DNA of 20,000 bases from an uncultured virus (IMG/VR IMGVR_UViG_3300036770_004343) (Duplodnaviria; Heunggongvirae; Uroviricota; Caudoviricetes): the IMG/VR virus record IMGVR_UViG_3300036770_004343, positions 55,647 through 75,646 of that record. One strand, written 5' to 3'. Position 1 is the first letter of the stretch. Each line of letters opens with the position of its first letter. Positions 16,424 through 20,000 of the stretch are shown piece by piece. The notes under the pieces are model-generated. The model did no database searches, was not told where the DNA came from, and was given only the letters and a program-made list of their open reading frames with translations. The translations under genes and the position numbers were made by a program.

Positions 16424-16789
16424 TTATACGTTTACTGAATTTGTCTTTGTTGTATCAACTTCAACTACAACAACTGATTCCTTGGTAGAATTAATATTCA
16501 CCATCTCTACAAGCAGTTCACGATTCAAATGCACACCCTTAGATTTAGCATCTTCAATAATAGATGGGGTAATAGATCCAAATACGTGAACCAACGTTGG
16601 GCGACCCTTTCCGTTTGGCAATACACCAATTACACTTACTTCACCTCTTTTAATCGCCTTCTTTACCTTATCACGCAAACTAATTGCGACGATATCTGCA
16701 TTCATTGCGTTTAATTCCTTGATTGTAAAAATACAACTTGGATAGGTTACTGATTGGTTTGTCTTATTCTTTCGATCTGTCTTTTTCAT
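16424..16789 (-). CDS. Probable winged-helix DNA-binding protein
   Basis: FTIKEL...ISLRDKVKKAIKRGEV......GKGRPTLVH gives a helix-helix-wing pattern with G.GRP; SD-like GAAGGGA upstream. Confidence 0.55.
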   Translation of the reverse strand: MKKTDRKNKTNQSVTYPSCIFTIKELNAMNADIVAISLRDKVKKAIKRGEVSVIGVLPNGKGRPTLVHVFGSITPSIIEDAKSKGVHLNRELLVEMVNINSTKESVVVVEVDTTKTNSVNV

Positions 16790-16836
16790 ATTTTATCCCT
16801 TCTTGTTTGTTATGTGATAAATTCCTACGTTCTTAT

Positions 16837-16864
16837 ATTATAACACGTTTATATTATATGTCAA
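16837..16864 (-). promoter_or_regulatory. Consensus sigma70 promoter for the wHTH-like gene
   Basis: Minus strand TTGACA-tataatataaacgtgt(16)-TATAAT with TGn; the -35 lies in the last codons of the VWA gene. Confidence 0.8.
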
Positions 16865-18926
16865 TAGCATCCATCATCTTTGTATTAATGGTATTAACAA
16901 TCTGATTTAGATTTTCTACATTGATGAAATTAGCGTCTTTGCCATACATAATTTTAAAATTATTACGATACGTATCACAATCATATTCAGATACGAAGTA
17001 TGAAATAACATTATAACCACTTTCACGAATTTTATTTACTTGTTTACGTGTATGATTACAACCTTCCGCACCGGAATAATGGAAATAAAAACCTCCTGGA
17101 GCACTATAAATAAACGCTGGTTCACCGTCACTAATATTAACAAAATAACTATTTGTGTTGGTACTAGCTTTAGGCAAATAACGCATTAGTGCCTCAAAAC
17201 ACAATCCTTCAGGAGTTGTATGTACTGGTGCTAGATAAGCAAATAGATTCTTAATCTTAGAGAACTTATCCACACGTGAGTCATAAGCAATTGCAATATA
17301 TGGATTGTGACCACTTGATGTTCTAAAACTAATGGTAAGTTCAACGTTATCAATCATAGATGTAGCTTTTGCTAGAGCAACACACAATTTAATTGTACGA
17401 TTCCATTTTTTACCCCTCATACTTGAGCTAGCATCCACACTAATATGGAAGTTAACCTTCTTATACTTCGTAGTAAAAGTATTATAAAAGATATTGGTAT
17501 CAGTATCAAATCCAAGTTCGTGCATCAAACGTTTATCAATCTTACCCAAATTACGACGGGTAAACTTATCAACATTAATTTCATTACGAATTTGTAGACG
17601 GCGACCTAGTTTAGTACCCAATACAATTCCAGCATCAACATTCTTCTGATAATCAGAATGAGTTTGATAGTTGTTTTTGCCAATTGTCATTGGAAATTCC
17701 TCAGACAAAAGCAACTCTTTGGTCATATTCTTAACAAAGATACACTCAACACTTCCAATAATACCTTTTGACTTAAGCTCTTCTTGAGCTACAGGCACAA
17801 GATCAATCTGACTCTTTTCAAGAATATCAAGCAAATCTTTTTCACGCTTGGTCACTTTCTTCTTCTTAAGTTTACCGGCAAGAAAATCCTTCTGCTTTTC
17901 AAAAGACTTAGCAATCTTTGTCTTCTTAGATTTGCTGAGATTATCATCTTTACCAATATCAGCAGTAACATCTTTATTATCAGGTGTTACAGTTGATTCG
18001 GTGCCTCCAAGAATATCTGCAACATCAACATTTGATTTAGATGAATCTGAACTGTTCGATGGCGCACCGCTATCAGAATCAGCTGACAATCCTTCTACTT
18101 TTTGAACAGATTTATCTTCATTTTTATGTTCATTGATATTCTTGAACACAATTTCAGCAATATTATAAGCAATAGTCAACCGATCTTTTGGAGTGGTCAA
18201 ACGCTTGATATTTGATAGATCAAGTTGTCTAGCAATATCGTACAATCCAGGCAATGCCTTCAAAGAAGTATCTGGATTTGTAAGATTGATAATACGAAAT
18301 ATATATGACTCAATGCTTAGTGTACGATATAAATCGCTGGTCAAAGCATCTGAAATTACTTTGTTATTAAAGTACTCATCGTACAAAGCATCGTAATATC
18401 CACGGTAGCCAGGAGCATTAGAATGTACCGTATAATCAATATAACGATCTTCTACATAATTTAAAATGGTCTGACAAATCTTACCCACTTCATCTTTTGA
18501 AATGTTTAACTTTTCACTGTAGCCATAGATCTCCCGTGGCACATTCATCCATACAGTCTTAAACAATTCAAAATCAGAATATTTGATGTGGCTGCCTTCG
18601 TGTAAGGCTAGTCCGACAGCCACATCAAAATTATCTTTCTTGGTAATATCGCTACTGATATAAACAACCTTACCATCAGTGCAATTTACCGAATTATCAT
18701 TGAACAATACAGGTACATTCTGATTGGTCAGAATACTAACATAGTTAGCGACAGCACGACGAGCTGATGACAAACGAATCAGTCGGGCCGTATTCTCAGA
18801 AAGACGGTCTTCAGCAGCAATATCTGCATCCAAACCATTTTCTTCTTCAATAGCCGCATCAAGTTCATCTTCCCAATCCCACTCGTAATTGTTATCCTTC
18901 AACCAGAAGTCACTGTAGTTACTCAT
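16854..18926 (-). CDS. VWA (MIDAS) domain protein with an N-terminal zincin-like HExxH domain; MoxR partner (CobT-like architecture)
   Basis: TDGKVVYI, LALHEGSH and LNYVEDRYID; Ser/Asp-rich linker; ISVDASSSM (DxSxS), TTPEG and ISDGEP. Confidence 0.85.
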   Translation of the reverse strand: MSNYSDFWLKDNNYEWDWEDELDAAIEEENGLDADIAAEDRLSENTARLIRLSSARRAVANYVSILTNQNVPVLFNDNSVNCTDGKVVYISSDITKKDNFDVAVGLALHEGSHIKYSDFELFKTVWMNVPREIYGYSEKLNISKDEVGKICQTILNYVEDRYIDYTVHSNAPGYRGYYDALYDEYFNNKVISDALTSDLYRTLSIESYIFRIINLTNPDTSLKALPGLYDIARQLDLSNIKRLTTPKDRLTIAYNIAEIVFKNINEHKNEDKSVQKVEGLSADSDSGAPSNSSDSSKSNVDVADILGGTESTVTPDNKDVTADIGKDDNLSKSKKTKIAKSFEKQKDFLAGKLKKKKVTKREKDLLDILEKSQIDLVPVAQEELKSKGIIGSVECIFVKNMTKELLLSEEFPMTIGKNNYQTHSDYQKNVDAGIVLGTKLGRRLQIRNEINVDKFTRRNLGKIDKRLMHELGFDTDTNIFYNTFTTKYKKVNFHISVDASSSMRGKKWNRTIKLCVALAKATSMIDNVELTISFRTSSGHNPYIAIAYDSRVDKFSKIKNLFAYLAPVHTTPEGLCFEALMRYLPKASTNTNSYFVNISDGEPAFIYSAPGGFYFHYSGAEGCNHTRKQVNKIRESGYNVISYFVSEYDCDTYRNNFKIMYGKDANFINVENLNQIVNTINTKMMDAIDI

Positions 18927-18951
18927 AATAATTTGTTTTTAATAATTTAAC

Positions 18952-19923
18952 TTAGAAAGGAGGCTGATCACTCTTTAGTGGATCATTAAATAGCTTATCC
19001 TTTGATTCAACCTTTACATACTTTTGTACCAACTGACGAATGTAGGTACGTTCACTGTCAACACCGCCATCGTCACTGAAGTTAGGATAGATGGTTGTTT
19101 CTGCGATTTCAAGTAAATTAAATCCGTCAACAATTAGTTCAGCAATTTCAACTGTACTACGTGTTGGAATAAAATTGGTTAGCTTGCTATCATCCTGCTT
19201 TACTTGCTTACGTGTGTGTTCAGCAATTTCACAAACAGCCTTCAAGATACCAAGATGATCTTCGGTATTCAAATTGAACCGATTCTTAAGAAGATTATAC
19301 TCACTGTCCTTATCAAGTGGGGTAACCTCAATCTTAACTGGAAAACGTGACAATAGAGCACGATCCATTACACGGGTAGCGGTGTACTCGTTACCAACGT
19401 TGGCGGTAGCAATAAATGTAACACCATCAGCTACCTTTACAACTTCACTGTCTTCCTTTTCATCCAAACGAAGATAACGCTGTAGATCATCTAGAACAGT
19501 CATTAGAATATTAACACCATCGTGATGACTACGGCTAATTTCGTCAAGAAGAATGATGGCATTAGGAGTACGAATAGCTTTAATAAAAGATGACTCCTTG
19601 AATAGAGTACCAGTCTTTTTATCAAAGTGAGTATTACCAATCAAAGCACTACGAGCATCTTGCGTAGCACCCAGATTAAAATAGAAGAAGTTATCTTCTC
19701 GACCAATAGCTTTAGCTACAGTTTGAGCAGCAAGAGTCTTGCCACAACCAGTTGGACCAAGAAGCAGAATGTTCTTGCCACGAATAGCACTGCGTACCAT
19801 ATACTTCCACTTCAGATCATCCATAATCAATGAACTGGGACGTAGATTAACGCAAGTATCCAAATATGACTTGATATTGAAGTCCTTGCCAGTAACCAGA
19901 TTTAGTGAATTTTTATTTTTCAT
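18952..19923 (-). CDS. MoxR-family AAA+ ATPase (CbbQ/NirQ/CobS-like)
   Basis: Walker A GPTGCGKT, Walker B ILLDE, ATAN sensor 1 and MDRALLSRF arginine finger; adjacent to the VWA gene. Confidence 0.9.
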   Translation of the reverse strand: MKNKNSLNLVTGKDFNIKSYLDTCVNLRPSSLIMDDLKWKYMVRSAIRGKNILLLGPTGCGKTLAAQTVAKAIGREDNFFYFNLGATQDARSALIGNTHFDKKTGTLFKESSFIKAIRTPNAIILLDEISRSHHDGVNILMTVLDDLQRYLRLDEKEDSEVVKVADGVTFIATANVGNEYTATRVMDRALLSRFPVKIEVTPLDKDSEYNLLKNRFNLNTEDHLGILKAVCEIAEHTRKQVKQDDSKLTNFIPTRSTVEIAELIVDGFNLLEIAETTIYPNFSDDGGVDSERTYIRQLVQKYVKVESKDKLFNDPLKSDQPPF

Positions 19924-19945
19924 ATGTGTTTCTTACCGTAAAATC

Positions 19946-19973
19946 ATCTTACCACGGATTTATAAGAAGTCAA
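19946..19973 (-). promoter_or_regulatory. Sigma70-type promoter, copy 3 (AAA-VWA operon)
   Basis: Minus strand TTGACT-tcttataaatccgtgg(16)-TAAGAT. Confidence 0.78.
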
Positions 19974-19980
19974 CACCAAA

Positions 19981-20000
19981 AATAAAAAAACCACCTGTTA
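19981..20000 (-). terminator. Possible 3' arm and U-tract of a terminator cut by the window edge
   Basis: Minus strand TAACAGGTGG-TTTTTTTATT directly upstream of promoter copy 3; the other arm is not visible. Confidence 0.35.

Noticed and set aside
12819..19833. Short + strand ORFs opposite the minus-strand genes
   Set aside because: Antisense shadows. The hydrophobic stretch in 12819-13067 just reflects the T-rich complement of an A-rich leader.
16854..19923. Cobaltochelatase CobS/CobT for cobalamin synthesis
   Set aside because: No CobN or other cob genes are present; a generic MoxR-VWA call fits better.
1..20000. Stop-codon reassignment, as seen in some large phages
   Set aside because: Full-length genes tile the window in the standard code, and TAA, TGA and TAG (14939) all end genes at sensible positions.
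1..20000. CRISPR array, tRNA, rRNA, IS element, intron or intein
   Set aside because: Intergenic gaps are short (about 100 bp at most), with no spaced direct repeats or cloverleaf seen; no transposase, homing-endonuclease or intein motifs recognised by eye.
1..20000. Eukaryotic giant virus (NCLDV) origin, suggested by the glycosylation cluster
   Set aside because: Overlapping operon-style genes, sigma70 promoters, an intrinsic terminator and a gp62-like gene favour a bacteriophage.

Overview
AT-rich, densely coding window that reads cleanly in the standard code. It most likely comes from a large tailed dsDNA bacteriophage (inferred from a T4 gp62-like clamp-loader subunit, a dNMP-kinase-like gene, a fibre-like repeat protein and sigma70-type promoters). 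The + strand (1-11308) is a tightly coupled glycan/nucleotide-sugar island: a partial GT-B, a short UDP-sugar dehydrogenase, two GT8-like paralogues, a methyltransferase, a 4,6-dehydratase, an atypical SDR, a DegT aminotransferase, WbqC, a PIG-L deacetylase, a radical SAM enzyme, an unknown protein and a GT2. It ends in three small genes, one of them an unlisted 56-aa EF-hand-loop/TM ORF. The - strand (19923 down to 11295) carries a MoxR AAA+ ATPase with a zincin-VWA partner, a wHTH-like protein, a stand-alone DruA/DUF4338-like protein, a fibre-like protein, UvsE, small proteins, the gp62-like gene and the dNMP kinase. The intergenic DNA shows three copies of TTGAC-N16/17-TAAGAT with TGG before the -10, one consensus sigma70 promoter, a TATTTATA motif just upstream of starts, and a 12-bp terminator hairpin. 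All family calls come from motif recognition; no database searches were run.
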